64,000 nucleotides of DNA from an uncultured Gammaproteobacteria bacterium (GTDB taxonomy: Bacteria; Patescibacteriota; Microgenomatia; Levybacterales; UBA12049): NCBI GenBank assembly GCA_964562445.1, contig CAZLSZ010000003.1, forward strand, positions 693-64,692. Reading direction: 5' to 3'. Below are positions 46,083 to 56,440 of the stretch, piece by piece. A model generated the notes under the pieces. It worked only from the letters and a program-made list of their open reading frames with translations, did not search any database and had not been told where the DNA came from. Position 1 is the first letter of the stretch, and the number at the start of each line of letters is the position of its first letter. A program made the position numbers and the translations under genes.

Positions 46083-47348
46083 ATGCTTGAAGAGTTTAAA
46101 AAAGCGCTGTATTTCCCACTTGCCTCATATTTTCGTTTTTTTGCGAACGTACGTCTTCGTCGTTGGAACCCGATTATTCTTGTCGTCACAGGCTCAAATG
46201 GCAAGACGACACTGCTACATCTTTTGGAATCTCAGATAGGATCAAAAGCAAAATTTTCTCATCACGCGAACAGCAGCTATGGCATTCCTTTTGATATTCT
46301 TGATCTTCATCGGAAAACATTACATAAAATGGAATGGATAGGATTGTTTCTTAAAGCTCCATTCATGATGTTTGCAAAAATTCCGCGACAAAAATTGTAT
46401 GTCGTAGAAGCGGATGCGGATAGAGCAGGCGAAGGGAAATTTCTTGCTGAATTATTAAAACCGCACATCGTATTATGGGTAAGTACCGGTACCACACATA
46501 GTGTAAATTATGATCTGCTTGTGCAGCAGGGGATATTTGATACTGCTGAAGAAGCCATCGCGCATGAATATGGTTATTTTGTCGAAAAAGCAAAAAAATT
46601 GGTTATTATTGATGTGGATTCCAAGTTACAGCGACTGCAAAAACCTCGTACAAAAGCGGAAATACGGGAAGTAACAAAAGAGAGATTGAAGAAATATAAA
46701 ATTGATGCAAAAGGGACGCATTTCAGGTATGGGGAGAAAGAATATTCGTTTGAGGCATTACTTCCCGAAGTTTTTTATCTTTCTTTGGGAATGTGTTTGG
46801 AAGTATGTGATTATTTACAAATTCCCGTTGATGAAAATTTTTCCAAATTTGTTGTACCGCCGGGACGGGGAACGATACTCTCAGGGACGAAAAAGACTGT
46901 CCTTATCGATAGTTCCTACAATGGAAACAGAAATTCAATTGATGTGATGCTTTCTATGTTTGACACAACACCATTTACAAAGAAATGGGTGGTGCTCGGA
47001 GATATGCTTGAGCTCGGAAATGAAGAAAAGCGTGAGCACCAACTTCTCGCGAATACTTTGCAGAAATCTGGCTATGATCGGGTTATTCTTGTGGGGAAAA
47101 TATGCAGGAAATACATGAAAGATATTTTACAAAAAGAAAAAAAAGTAGTACTGTATGATTATGCAAAAGATGCCCTCCACTATATTCAGGAAAATATTAC
47201 AGGAGGGGAGGCAATTTTGTTTAAAGGATCACAGTCAATTTTTTTGGAAGGAATTATAGAACAGTTATTAGCAGATAAAAAAGATGCTGAAAAACTTCCC
47301 AGACGGGGTGATCATTGGGAAGCAAAAAGAAGGAGTAGAGGATTATGA
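46083..47348 (+). CDS. murF: UDP-N-acetylmuramoyl-tripeptide--D-alanyl-D-alanine ligase (MurF), with a short N-terminal domain
   Basis: VVTGSNGKTT P-loop, LIDSSYNGNRNS (MurF DDSYNANP-like block), GDMLELG, and adjacency to ddl. The first ATG of the ORF is at 46050. Confidence 0.65.
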   Translation: MLEEFKKALYFPLASYFRFFANVRLRRWNPIILVVTGSNGKTTLLHLLESQIGSKAKFSHHANSSYGIPFDILDLHRKTLHKMEWIGLFLKAPFMMFAKIPRQKLYVVEADADRAGEGKFLAELLKPHIVLWVSTGTTHSVNYDLLVQQGIFDTAEEAIAHEYGYFVEKAKKLVIIDVDSKLQRLQKPRTKAEIREVTKERLKKYKIDAKGTHFRYGEKEYSFEALLPEVFYLSLGMCLEVCDYLQIPVDENFSKFVVPPGRGTILSGTKKTVLIDSSYNGNRNSIDVMLSMFDTTPFTKKWVVLGDMLELGNEEKREHQLLANTLQKSGYDRVILVGKICRKYMKDILQKEKKVVLYDYAKDALHYIQENITGGEAILFKGSQSIFLEGIIEQLLADKKDAEKLPRRGDHWEAKRRSRGL

Positions 47349-48430
47349 AGAAAATAAAAATCGCAGTATTATTTGGTGGTCGATCTGCTGAGCATGAAGT
47401 CTCTTTGCAGTCCGCGAAAAGCGTGATAGACGCATTGGACAAAAAGAAATATGATGTCGTGCTTATCGGTATCACAAAAGAAGGAAAGTGGATTGTTAAT
47501 GATCGAAGTACATACCTCCTGCACTCGGAAAACCCGAAATTGATAAAGCTTAATAATTCCAATCGAAATATTGCTTTGCATCCAGGAAACACAGCACAGT
47601 TGGAAGAAACAGACAGTGCAAATAAAATCGGCCCTGTCGATGTCGTTTTTCCTGTCATGCACGGCACATATGGCGAAGATGGTGCAATACAAGGGCTTCT
47701 CAACATTATGGACGTCGCTTTTGTCGGTCCTGATATTCTCGGTTCCGCGGTGGGAATGGATAAAGATGTTATGAAACGACTTTTACGTGATGCAGGCATA
47801 CCGATAGGAAAGTTTCTTTCAGTAAAAAAGAATGAGAGAATCACTTTTGCTGAAGCAAAAAAACAAGTGGGTCTCCCTATGTTTATCAAACCTGCAAATC
47901 TGGGATCGTCAGTAGGCGTGAGTAAGGTCACGGATAGGGTAACATTCTCAAAGGCAGTAGAGGACGCTTTTCTGTATGATACAAAAATCATTATCGAAGA
48001 ATTTATCGACGGACGGGAGATAGAAGTTTCAGTTCTTGGAAATGATGATCCGATTGCGTCAGTTCCAGGTGAAATTATCCCGCGTCACGATTTCTATTCG
48101 TACGAATCAAAATATATTGACGCAGAAGGGGCAGGTTTGCAGATTCCTGCAAACCTGCCTATAAAAATACAGAAAGAAATACAAAAGAATGCTATTAAAA
48201 CATTTACGACGCTTTGTTGTCAGGGTATGGGGAGAGTAGATTGTTTTCTTACAAAGGATAATAACGTATATGTGAATGAAATTAACACAATTCCCGGATT
48301 TACAAAAATCAGTATGTATCCGAAATTATGGGAAGCGAGTGGCGTTTCGTACCCTGAATTATTGGACAAGTTGATCTCGTTGGCAATAGCGTACCATAAT
48401 ACAAAAAAGAAATTGAAAACTTCCGTATGA
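47345..48430 (+). CDS. ddl: D-alanine--D-alanine ligase
   Basis: KIAVLFGGRSAEHEVSLQSA, FPVMHGTYGEDG, ATP-grasp blocks (EEFIDGREIEVSVLGN, NEINTIPGF). Confidence 0.9.
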   Translation: MKKIKIAVLFGGRSAEHEVSLQSAKSVIDALDKKKYDVVLIGITKEGKWIVNDRSTYLLHSENPKLIKLNNSNRNIALHPGNTAQLEETDSANKIGPVDVVFPVMHGTYGEDGAIQGLLNIMDVAFVGPDILGSAVGMDKDVMKRLLRDAGIPIGKFLSVKKNERITFAEAKKQVGLPMFIKPANLGSSVGVSKVTDRVTFSKAVEDAFLYDTKIIIEEFIDGREIEVSVLGNDDPIASVPGEIIPRHDFYSYESKYIDAEGAGLQIPANLPIKIQKEIQKNAIKTFTTLCCQGMGRVDCFLTKDNNVYVNEINTIPGFTKISMYPKLWEASGVSYPELLDKLISLAIAYHNTKKKLKTSV

Positions 48431-49008
48431 AAAAAATAATTCTTGCGTCCGCGTCTCCCCGCAGAAAACAATTGCTCAAACAGATAGGGCTTATATTTAC
48501 CGTTATTCCCAGTGATATAGAAGAAAAACTCAATCCTCGACTGAAACCGCTTAAGCAGGTAGAGGAGTTATCCGCGCAAAAAGCACGATCGGTTGCCGAT
48601 GACGTCAAGGATACAGATGCATTGATTATCGCCTCGGATACGATGGTTTTTGTGGATGATGAAATGATGGGAAAGCCCAAAGATGAAAAAGATGCGCTGC
48701 GGATGCTTAAGAAATTAAGTGACAGAATGCATAGTATCGTGACGGGATACACAATCATTGATACGAAAACAAAAAGAAAGGTGAGTAGGGCAGTAGAAAC
48801 AAAAATATGGTTTCGTAAGATTACTCCAAAAGAGAGAAAGAATTATTTACTCAAAGCAAAACCGTGGGACAAAGCAGGTGCGTATGGGATTCAGGATTAT
48901 GCGGCACTTTTTGTCGACAAAATTGAAGGAGATTATTCATCTGTCTTAGGACTTCCGCTCTCTCTCCTCGCCAAAGATTTGAAGAAGTTTGGAGTAGAAA
49001 TATTGTAG
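48427..49008 (+). CDS. maf: Maf-family nucleoside triphosphate pyrophosphatase (septum formation protein)
   Basis: ILASASPRRKQLL and DTMV...DGEMMGKP blocks. Confidence 0.85.
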   Translation: MKKIILASASPRRKQLLKQIGLIFTVIPSDIEEKLNPRLKPLKQVEELSAQKARSVADDVKDTDALIIASDTMVFVDDEMMGKPKDEKDALRMLKKLSDRMHSIVTGYTIIDTKTKRKVSRAVETKIWFRKITPKERKNYLLKAKPWDKAGAYGIQDYAALFVDKIEGDYSSVLGLPLSLLAKDLKKFGVEIL

Positions 49009-49067
49009 CCTTGTCGTGTCATCCCCAGCTACCTCTGGGAATATCTTTGTCATACCCATCCAATCCC

Positions 49068-49197
49068 GTCATCCCCAGCTTGACTGGGGATCTCTCTAGT
49101 AACTAAAAACTTATAACTTATAACTGTTTTCTGTTCATTGTTGTATGTTTTACGTTATATGAGATTGCCACTCCGCCAGCTGGCGGATCGCAATAAC
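49068..49197. repeat. ~130-nt composite repeat element (forward copy): GTCATCC-hairpin, shared core, then GTTTTACGTTATATGAGATTGCCACTCC-GCCAGCTGGCGG-ATCGCAATAAC
   Basis: Aligns end-to-end with the reverse complement of 33460..33590. The 3' module matches 58183..58241, which has a different but still palindromic inner hairpin (TGCAGTGCAGG versus GCCAGCTGGCGG). An additional degenerate unit lies at 49018..49046. Confidence 0.7.
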
Positions 49198-49241
49198 ATT
49201 TTCAATTTGCATTCTTTGATACTTTTTGTTTAAATACAACC

Positions 49242-51038
49242 ATGAAAAAGATGAAAACTGCATGGGATTTAAGCCCCTTATTTAGCGGAGATGATGATCC
49301 TGCAATTTCGAAACAACGGGAAAGTATCGAGAAAGAAAATAAAAAATTTGTCAAAAAATGGTCCGCGAATGATTCATATCTCACTGATGCATCGGTACTC
49401 AAAAAAGCACTGGATGAGTATGAATTATTGATACGAAAATACGGCACTGACGGAAATGAAGGATATTATTTCTGGCTTCGCTCGCAGCAGGATCAGAATG
49501 ATCAACAGATAAAAGCAAAATTCGCTAAAGTGCTGGATTTCAGTAATAAACTGCGAAATGAGTTGCAATTTTTTGAACTTAAATTGGCAAAAATCTCCAA
49601 AGCAAAACAAAAAGAATTCTTGAAGGACAAAGCACTCAACTCATACAAACATTATCTGGAGAAAATATTCAGACAGGGAGAGTATGTCCTCAGTGATGAA
49701 GTCGAAAAAGTACTCAATCTCAAATGGGATGTCGCCCATGAAAAATGGGAGCAGATGCTTTCGGGTTTTATCTCCAAAGAAGAGCGCGAAATAGTAGGGG
49801 AGAGCGGCAAAAAAGAAAAGCTCACCTTTGAACAGCTGATCAGTCTGACGCAAAGTACCAAGAAAAAAGTCAGAGACGCAGCTGCAGGGGCAGTAAATGA
49901 TATTTTTGTGAAATTACTTGATGTAGCGGAAGCAGAAATCAATGCAATTCTCGCGAATAAGAAAATTGATGATGAGCTCCGCAAGATGCCTCGTCCTGAT
50001 TTTTCAAGGCACCTAGCGGATGATGTACAGAGTGATGTGGTGGATGCTCTCGTCAAAACAGTATCGGAAAGATATGATATTTCGAAAAAATATTATCAGC
50101 TCAAGGCGAAGATACTCGGTGTAAAACAACTCAAGTATCATGAGCGGAATGTTTCATTGGGGACAAAAGAGACAGTTTTTTCTTTTGATGATGGGGCGAA
50201 ATTGGTGCACAAAGTATTTCATGAGCTGGATCCGTATTTCGCGCAAACACTTGATAGATTTTTGGAAAACGGACAGATTGATGTCTATCCCCAAAAAGGG
50301 AAGCGAGGAGGAGCGTTTTGCGTCTATTGGCAGGTAGAAAAGCCGACATTTGTGATGCTCAACTATACCGATAAACTCAGAGATGTGGAGACACTTGCCC
50401 ATGAAATGGGACACGCGATCAATGATGAATTGATGAAGAAACAAAATGCGCTTAATTTCGGTACACCGACCTCAACTGCAGAAGTCGCAAGTACATTTAT
50501 GGAGGATTTTGTTTTGCAGGAAATTCTCAAGTCAGCTGATGAGGAAACACGATTCAGCCTGATGATGTCCAAACTCGATACGGAAATTGCGACGATTTTC
50601 AGACAGATCGCGTGTTATCAGTTTGAGTGGGATTTGCATGCAGCTTTTCGTGAGAAAGGATATCTATCAGCAAAAGAAATCGGCGCAATTTTTCAAAAAA
50701 ATATGAGCGCGTATATGGGACCGGGTGTTGAACAATCAAAAGGTTCTGAGAATTGGTGGCTTTACTGGTCACACATCCGTACATTTTTTTATGTGTATTC
50801 TTACGCGAGCGGACTGCTTATTTCAAAATCGATGCAAAATGGGGTTAAACAAAATCCCGAATTTATCGAGAAAGTAAAAGAGTTCTTATCATCAGGCTTG
50901 TCAGCATCACCCAAAGACATTTTTATGAAAATGGATATCGATATCACTGATACTGCTTTTTGGAATAAAGGGCTGAATGAAGTCGAAAATCTCCTTAAAG
51001 AATCCACAAAATTAGCTAAAAAATTGGGTAAGATTTAA
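49242..51038 (+). CDS. pepF: Oligoendopeptidase F (M3B family)
   Basis: HEMGHA zinc-binding motif (HExxH) with downstream Glu. Length about 600 aa is typical of PepF. Confidence 0.85.
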   Translation: MKKMKTAWDLSPLFSGDDDPAISKQRESIEKENKKFVKKWSANDSYLTDASVLKKALDEYELLIRKYGTDGNEGYYFWLRSQQDQNDQQIKAKFAKVLDFSNKLRNELQFFELKLAKISKAKQKEFLKDKALNSYKHYLEKIFRQGEYVLSDEVEKVLNLKWDVAHEKWEQMLSGFISKEEREIVGESGKKEKLTFEQLISLTQSTKKKVRDAAAGAVNDIFVKLLDVAEAEINAILANKKIDDELRKMPRPDFSRHLADDVQSDVVDALVKTVSERYDISKKYYQLKAKILGVKQLKYHERNVSLGTKETVFSFDDGAKLVHKVFHELDPYFAQTLDRFLENGQIDVYPQKGKRGGAFCVYWQVEKPTFVMLNYTDKLRDVETLAHEMGHAINDELMKKQNALNFGTPTSTAEVASTFMEDFVLQEILKSADEETRFSLMMSKLDTEIATIFRQIACYQFEWDLHAAFREKGYLSAKEIGAIFQKNMSAYMGPGVEQSKGSENWWLYWSHIRTFFYVYSYASGLLISKSMQNGVKQNPEFIEKVKEFLSSGLSASPKDIFMKMDIDITDTAFWNKGLNEVENLLKESTKLAKKLGKI

Positions 51039-51481
51039 CGTTTCGCCTTAATTATCATTAGAAACTCTTTCACGGTAATAATTTGTAATTTTTCAAGTTT
51101 TGGATGTTTATCGAGAATGAGTAAATCCTCATCACCTGTAATAATATAATCAGCTTTACCACTTAACGCAGTGGTTATTATCATTTCATCCTTTATATCA
51201 CGAACTTTTATAGGTAATGCTTCCGTTATTTTAATGAATTCAGCTTGTTTGATAAGCAATGTCTGCATGACGGGGAAGAAAGTATCTTTTTTGAGATATT
51301 TTTGTATCTTTTTTCTTTGTAGAACATCGTTTATTTCTAATAACAAAAGATTACTTAAAAGAAGTGTGTAGGAGTCTCTCCTCCATAGTTCAATAATTTG
51401 GTATGGTTTGCTTGTAGGAAAGAGGAGGCCGCTGATAATGACGTTAGTGTCAACGACGACTCGAAGCTTTTGTCTTTTCAT
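51035..51481 (-). CDS. vapC: PIN-domain toxin (VapC-like)
   Basis: VVVDTNVIISG (first acidic residue in DTNV) and ITGDEDLL. 148 aa. Confidence 0.65.
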   Translation of the reverse strand: MKRQKLRVVVDTNVIISGLLFPTSKPYQIIELWRRDSYTLLLSNLLLLEINDVLQRKKIQKYLKKDTFFPVMQTLLIKQAEFIKITEALPIKVRDIKDEMIITTALSGKADYIITGDEDLLILDKHPKLEKLQIITVKEFLMIIKAKR

Positions 51482-51767
51482 AATTTTTTTGTCTGACTAT
51501 CGCTACCTCTTTAGTAATTTCATTATAGGCAGTATCTGTATCAATATCCGCATTTTGAGCGCGCATCTCATCAATTATGGCCCAGAGCTGTCCATTGTTT
51601 TGTAACTGCTCATATCGTTCAAGAAGTTCTAGACTGACAATTGCTACCTCAGGTTCATTTTTGCTGATAACAATAACTGGTTGATTTGTTTTTTTTACTT
51701 TTTTGACAATAGATTTATAATTTCGTTGGACTTCACGTGCAGAAGTTGTATTTATAGATAATAACAT
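51450..51767 (-). CDS. Phd/YefM-like antitoxin (putative partner of the PIN toxin)
   Basis: SAREVQRNYKSIVKKVKKTNQPVIVISKNEPEVAIVSLELLERYEQ resembles the Phd/YefM N-terminus. Lies upstream of the PIN gene with a 32-nt overlap. Confidence 0.45.
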   Translation of the reverse strand: MLLSINTTSAREVQRNYKSIVKKVKKTNQPVIVISKNEPEVAIVSLELLERYEQLQNNGQLWAIIDEMRAQNADIDTDTAYNEITKEVAIVRQKNYEKTKASSRR

Positions 51768-51829
51768 AGGTATATTATATCACTTTGTCGTAGTTTTGTC
51801 AATCAAATGTTGACGATTTTACGCTAAAT

Positions 51830-52177
51830 TCAGTGATCAAAGTCGCCGTTTTTGCGTCTATCATCAATTTCTTTAAGCACTTCGGGATATTCTTTATCTA
51901 AATCAATATTATAATGATCGGCGATAAGGAGGAGTTCAAATAATATATCACATACGGAATTAGTGATATCTGATTTTTTCCTTTTTATGGATTTATATCC
52001 TTCTTCTGTTTGTATCGCGTTTGCGAGTTCACCGACTTCTTCTACAAGTTCCACGAAACGATTGTGCGCGCTCCATTCTTTTTTATTACGCATTTTTGCG
52101 GCAATTTCTGCAGTTTGTTTGGTATATGTATTCAGATTCTTTGCTTTCATAGTGCAGGTAGAGTATATCAGTTCCAC
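51830..52177 (-). CDS. MazG-like nucleotide pyrophosphohydrolase (all-alpha NTP-PPase)
   Basis: LVEEVGELANAI and the EExxD-type motif (LDKEYPEVLKEID). 115 aa. Confidence 0.55.
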   Translation of the reverse strand: MELIYSTCTMKAKNLNTYTKQTAEIAAKMRNKKEWSAHNRFVELVEEVGELANAIQTEEGYKSIKRKKSDITNSVCDILFELLLIADHYNIDLDKEYPEVLKEIDDRRKNGDFDH

Positions 52178-52273
52178 AGGATATGTGAAATAACACCCGG
52201 TGTTGGTTATAATGCAGAGTAAAATATTATAGGTTATTGAATAGTTTGATAGTAAGTGATATAGTCACCACTT

Positions 52274-53362
52274 ATGAAGGAACAACTAATTCCAAACAAT
52301 CCGGATACACGAAAATATGCTGCGGATCACATCGCAACAGGCATAAAAAAGGTAGGTAGCAGAGTAAAAGAGAAAGTTCTGACGCATCCATGGACAACGA
52401 GCGCCGCGGGTACTACCGGCACATTACTTTTGACGGACGCAGCAATAGGAAACAAGAATTTACTAGCAGTCGGGGTAGTGGGTGGACTTGTGTCTGTAGG
52501 AGGATTTACCCGCGATATACATGATAGACGAGAGGCGAAGCAGAAAGAACGGGCTCAAAGTGAGATAGTAAAAAATTTACAGCGTGATGTAGCTGGCAAA
52601 AATAGAGATATTTCTGATATTGAAGAGAGATACAGGCAAGAGGAGCAATCATTGCGAGGAAGACATGCTGATGAAGTTAGTGGGATTCAACAAGAAACAC
52701 AAGATAAGCTTGAGACAATGACCACTCAAATGAAAGAGGCTGCGCAAAATGCTTATGAAAAAGGATTAACGGAAGGCCATAATGAAGGATGGCAAAAAGG
52801 GCTTGAAGAAGGGAAAAATTTGGAGAGGTTCTGGGGACAGGTAGAAAATATGTATCGTGATGCGCACCTTCCTATTGATAGAGGCAGTCTTGAAAGAAGC
52901 ATAACTCCTGTAGAGGCCGAGACATTCACTTTTGCGTATAAAGATCCGATTGATACTGACAGAGTATTAAGTATTGTGGACGCCTCAGAACATTCAATCA
53001 AAGGAGTTACCCAGCATAATGTTCGGGAAGATAAGATAACCACAATGATGCAATTAAATTCTGCCGGAACGGATTTTGATGCTGAAAAAGATCCATACAT
53101 CGTGCGGTCCATGGATCAGGATGATGATGAGGGAAGAGTTACATTTGTGCTGCGACATGTAGGAGCCGAGCATGATGGGCAGCGGGATATTAAGGAAATT
53201 TGTATAACGGCATATAATCAGAATGATGAATCACAAATGCAAATAAGCTCTGCTGATAAACGCTTGGTGGGTGGAAAAGAGAAAATAATCGTACCGTATA
53301 TTGATTCTACTACTGTTATGAAAACATATCATAGTATCATGCAGGAGGCATTCAGAGTATAA
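52274..53362 (+). CDS. Hypothetical protein with N-terminal TM segments and a coiled-coil region
   Basis: 362-aa ORF. Hydrophobic segment about 35..70, then a charged coiled coil. No family recognised. Confidence 0.35.
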   Translation: MKEQLIPNNPDTRKYAADHIATGIKKVGSRVKEKVLTHPWTTSAAGTTGTLLLTDAAIGNKNLLAVGVVGGLVSVGGFTRDIHDRREAKQKERAQSEIVKNLQRDVAGKNRDISDIEERYRQEEQSLRGRHADEVSGIQQETQDKLETMTTQMKEAAQNAYEKGLTEGHNEGWQKGLEEGKNLERFWGQVENMYRDAHLPIDRGSLERSITPVEAETFTFAYKDPIDTDRVLSIVDASEHSIKGVTQHNVREDKITTMMQLNSAGTDFDAEKDPYIVRSMDQDDDEGRVTFVLRHVGAEHDGQRDIKEICITAYNQNDESQMQISSADKRLVGGKEKIIVPYIDSTTVMKTYHSIMQEAFRV

Positions 53363-53419
53363 TTTGATATCCAGTTAGAGATTGCTTCACCCCTTTCCGC
53401 TCGTAATGACAATCTTATA

Positions 53420-55963
53420 TTATTTTGTTTCAGCTTTTAATTTGTGACCCTTTCCAAAGAATTTTCTCCCTATAAGTTTATGAAACTCTACGGCAAGAAC
53501 AGGCGTCACAAATCCTACTACTGTCGTCCAGAGGATGTCGTGGAGTGAAATCGGGTGAAGATTAAGTAACTTTGTAAATACACCCATCATCGCGGCAATC
53601 TGCATACTTACAGCGATAGTTAGCCCGAAATAAAATGCTGGACTAAATCTACGAATGCGTTTGAAAAGAGATTCATAATCACTACGGTAATTAAACGCGC
53701 TCGCCCATTGCATCACGACGAGCGCGTGAAATGCCATTGTACGTGCATAGTCGACTCCATGTATTTTGATAGATGTGGTATAAAGCCACATGGTCAGTAC
53801 AGCCATAGTAATTGATACAAGTAAAATACGTGAGATCATAAAATGGCTGAAGAGGGGAGCATCCGGAGCTTGTAGGGGCTTGTTCATATTGCGTTTTTCG
53901 CCCGGTTCCAGACCGAGCGGGATAACCATGCAGGTATCTGTCGCGAGATTTACCCACAAAATTTGTACCGGTGCAAGAGGGACAGGGATACCAGCGATCA
54001 GAGAGGACAATGCGACAAATACTTCTCCCGTATTTGTGGAGATGAGATACGCTACCATGCGTTTGATATTGGCATAAATAGTCCGTCCCTCATGGATTGC
54101 ATTGACTATCGAACGGAAATTATTATCCAAAAGAATGATGTCGCCCGCATCTTTGGCAATACTTGCACCGCTTCCCATAGCGACTCCTACATGCGCTCCA
54201 GCGAGCGCTGGTACATCATTGACCCCGTCACCTGTCATGGCGGTAATATTATGCTTTTTGAGAATAATGAGTATACGATGTTTGTGCTCAGGGATAACTC
54301 GAGCAAAAACGCGTATATTTTCTATCATTTTTTCCAATTCTTCGTCATTCATCTCATGCATTTTTCGGCTGTCAAAGACTTGATTCCGATTCTCGATCAT
54401 ACCGAGTTGTTTGCCTATGTGGTATGCTGTTTCGAAATGATCACCGGTAATCATTCGTACTGTTATCCCGGCATTTGCTGCGATTTTGATCGCCTGTTTC
54501 GCTTCAGCGCGGAGAACGTCTGCTACTCCGACAAATCCATCAAAGGCGAATTTTGCAGACTTCGGAAGTTCTTCAAATGTATCGATAGTTTCATAATTAT
54601 CCAAATGCGCAATTGCGATGACACGATAGCCTTGACTGGCAAGTTCCTGCATTTTTTTCTCTGCTTCAATTTTTTCATCATGATTCAGTTTTGATTTATC
54701 GATAATCCTTTCCGGAGCACCTTTTACCCAAAGAGTTTGCCTTCCACCTTCTTCGATGACATTCCCGCTCATGGCGGATTCAAGAGAGAAGGGGAACTGC
54801 TGGATAATTTTTATTTTATGCGCGTTTTTCTTTTTTGAAGAAACATATTGCATGAGTGCAGTATCGAGCGGATCATGCACTTTGGTTTCAGAGTGATTGA
54901 CAGCCCGCTCAAGGGCGGAAAGTATGTGGTTGGGGCGATGGGGAAGGTGCCATGTTTGTTGTACTGTCAGTCTGTTCTCCGTAAGAGTACCTGTTTTATC
55001 CGTCGCGATTGTGGTGATTGTGCCGACTGTTTCTATAGCGCGCATGGCCCGCACAAGAGCTTTTTTTGCGGCCATGCGCCGCATTCCCAATACCAATACT
55101 ACTGTAATGGCTACGGCAAGGCTTTCAGGGACAGCACTCACTGATAAAGCGAGAACATAACGTATACTATCTGCTACATCTACACCTCTATAAACTGAAA
55201 GACAAAACGCGATAAGCGCAATAGCGGCGATAACTCGTATAATTTGGTTTATTAATTTATCGATTTTAATTTGTACAGGGCTATGTTCGGGTGTAGCGAC
55301 ACTCAGTGCAGCCAGACGCCCAAATTCAGTATCATTTCCTGTTGCTACCACGACTGCTTCGGCATGTCCGCCCACCACGAAGGAACCTTGAAAAACCATA
55401 TTTGATTGTTCATAAATTTCCTTGCCTTCCGAGAGAGGATCTATTTGTTTTTGGATAGGAAGTGATTCTCCCGTAAGTTGCGATTCATCAACCCTTAGGG
55501 AGTTTACCAATGTCAGTCTAGCATCCGCCGGTATTTTTTCACCCTCATCAATTATGATAATGTCTCCTGGCACGAGGTCTTCTGCATTAACTCTTATTAT
55601 TTCTTTGTCTCGCATCACATCTACGAGGAATTTGTCCCTTTTTTGGAGAGAGCGGAGAATGCGTTCCGTAGAAAAACGTTGGATATAATAAATCAGAGAA
55701 TTTATTCCCATGATAGCACCAATTATCCACGCATCTACATACGCGTCATGCATGATACTAATGATAACTGCGACAAAGAGAACACCCATAAATATGTTAC
55801 GGAAAGGTTCTATGATTTTTTGCCACAATGGTTCGCCTTTTATATTAATGATGTTTTTGCCGTATTGCGCGAGACGTTCTGCATAGACTGTTTTGGATAA
55901 TCCTTCGGAAGTGGAGTCAAGTTCTTTCAGTGTTTGGTCTATTGTCTTGCTGTAAAAACTCAT
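53420..55963 (-). CDS. Cation-transporting P-type ATPase (type II, Ca2+/PMCA-SERCA-like)
   Basis: DKTGTLT, TGES (LTGES), and GDGVNDVPALAGAHVGVAMG. 847 aa with 10 TM helices. Confidence 0.8.
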   Translation of the reverse strand: MSFYSKTIDQTLKELDSTSEGLSKTVYAERLAQYGKNIINIKGEPLWQKIIEPFRNIFMGVLFVAVIISIMHDAYVDAWIIGAIMGINSLIYYIQRFSTERILRSLQKRDKFLVDVMRDKEIIRVNAEDLVPGDIIIIDEGEKIPADARLTLVNSLRVDESQLTGESLPIQKQIDPLSEGKEIYEQSNMVFQGSFVVGGHAEAVVVATGNDTEFGRLAALSVATPEHSPVQIKIDKLINQIIRVIAAIALIAFCLSVYRGVDVADSIRYVLALSVSAVPESLAVAITVVLVLGMRRMAAKKALVRAMRAIETVGTITTIATDKTGTLTENRLTVQQTWHLPHRPNHILSALERAVNHSETKVHDPLDTALMQYVSSKKKNAHKIKIIQQFPFSLESAMSGNVIEEGGRQTLWVKGAPERIIDKSKLNHDEKIEAEKKMQELASQGYRVIAIAHLDNYETIDTFEELPKSAKFAFDGFVGVADVLRAEAKQAIKIAANAGITVRMITGDHFETAYHIGKQLGMIENRNQVFDSRKMHEMNDEELEKMIENIRVFARVIPEHKHRILIILKKHNITAMTGDGVNDVPALAGAHVGVAMGSGASIAKDAGDIILLDNNFRSIVNAIHEGRTIYANIKRMVAYLISTNTGEVFVALSSLIAGIPVPLAPVQILWVNLATDTCMVIPLGLEPGEKRNMNKPLQAPDAPLFSHFMISRILLVSITMAVLTMWLYTTSIKIHGVDYARTMAFHALVVMQWASAFNYRSDYESLFKRIRRFSPAFYFGLTIAVSMQIAAMMGVFTKLLNLHPISLHDILWTTVVGFVTPVLAVEFHKLIGRKFFGKGHKLKAETK

Positions 55964-56133
55964 GGGTTATTTTATTGTAGCAAAGAAAGATAGGAGGGGG
56001 AAGAAAAGCTTACCATTCTGCACGAGCGTCGCTCGGGTTTATGCTGTATCAGATTTTGGACAGAGCCAGAATGACAGATTAGTTCTTATGTGTTAGTTAT
56101 TAGTTTTCAGTTCTCAATTCTACTTTTTATATT

Positions 56134-56162
56134 GAGAGATTCCCAGTCAAGCTGGGAATGAC
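56134..56162. repeat. REP-like unit GAGAGATTCCCAGTCAAGCTGGGAATGAC
   Basis: Same outer arms as 58133..58161 (GAGAGATTCCCGATCAGGTCGGGAATGAC) but with a different self-complementary inner stem. Confidence 0.7.
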
Positions 56163-56196
56163 GATATTGTTTTTAGTTCACAGTTCCAAGTTATTG

Positions 56197-56284
56197 TGGT
56201 GCCGGGAGGGGGAGTCGAACCCCCACGGGGTGTAATCCCCAAAGGTTTTTGAGACCTTCGTGTCTGCCATTCCACCACCCCGGC
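56197..56284 (-). tRNA. tRNA-Leu (anticodon CAA) with long variable arm and encoded CCA
   Basis: Reverse complement GCCGGGGTGGTGGAATGGCAGACACGAAGGTCTCAAAAACCTTTGGGGATTACACCCCGTGGGGGTTCGACTCCCCCTCCCGGCACCA. Shows a 7-bp acceptor stem, D-arm, anticodon loop CUCAAAA, 16-nt variable arm, GTTCGACT T-loop and CCA. Confidence 0.85.
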
Positions 56285-56331
56285 ATATTAACTGAAAACT
56301 AAGAACTGTGAACTTAGATATAACATTTAAT

Positions 56332-56440
56332 GTCATTCCGGACTTGATCCGGAATCTCCAAGGAAAAGATTCTGAAACAAGTTCAGGATGACAGATTTAT
56401 TTGCGATTGCTTCGCCGAGCTGAGCTCGGCTCGCAATGAC
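56332..56440. repeat. Cluster of REP-like units downstream of the tRNA (GTCATTCCGGACTTGATCCGGAATC; CAGGATGACAGATT; GATTGCTTCGCCGAGCTGAGCTCGGCTCGCAATGAC)
   Basis: Units at 56332..56356 and 56405..56440. The CAGRATGACAGATT motif also occurs at 56076..56090. Confidence 0.65.

Noticed and set aside
53963-55160. Plus-strand ORFs (243, 93, 98 and 87 aa) inside the 53420..55963 P-type ATPase gene
   Set aside because: They are antisense to a gene with complete DKTGT/TGES/GDGxND motifs and have no independent support.
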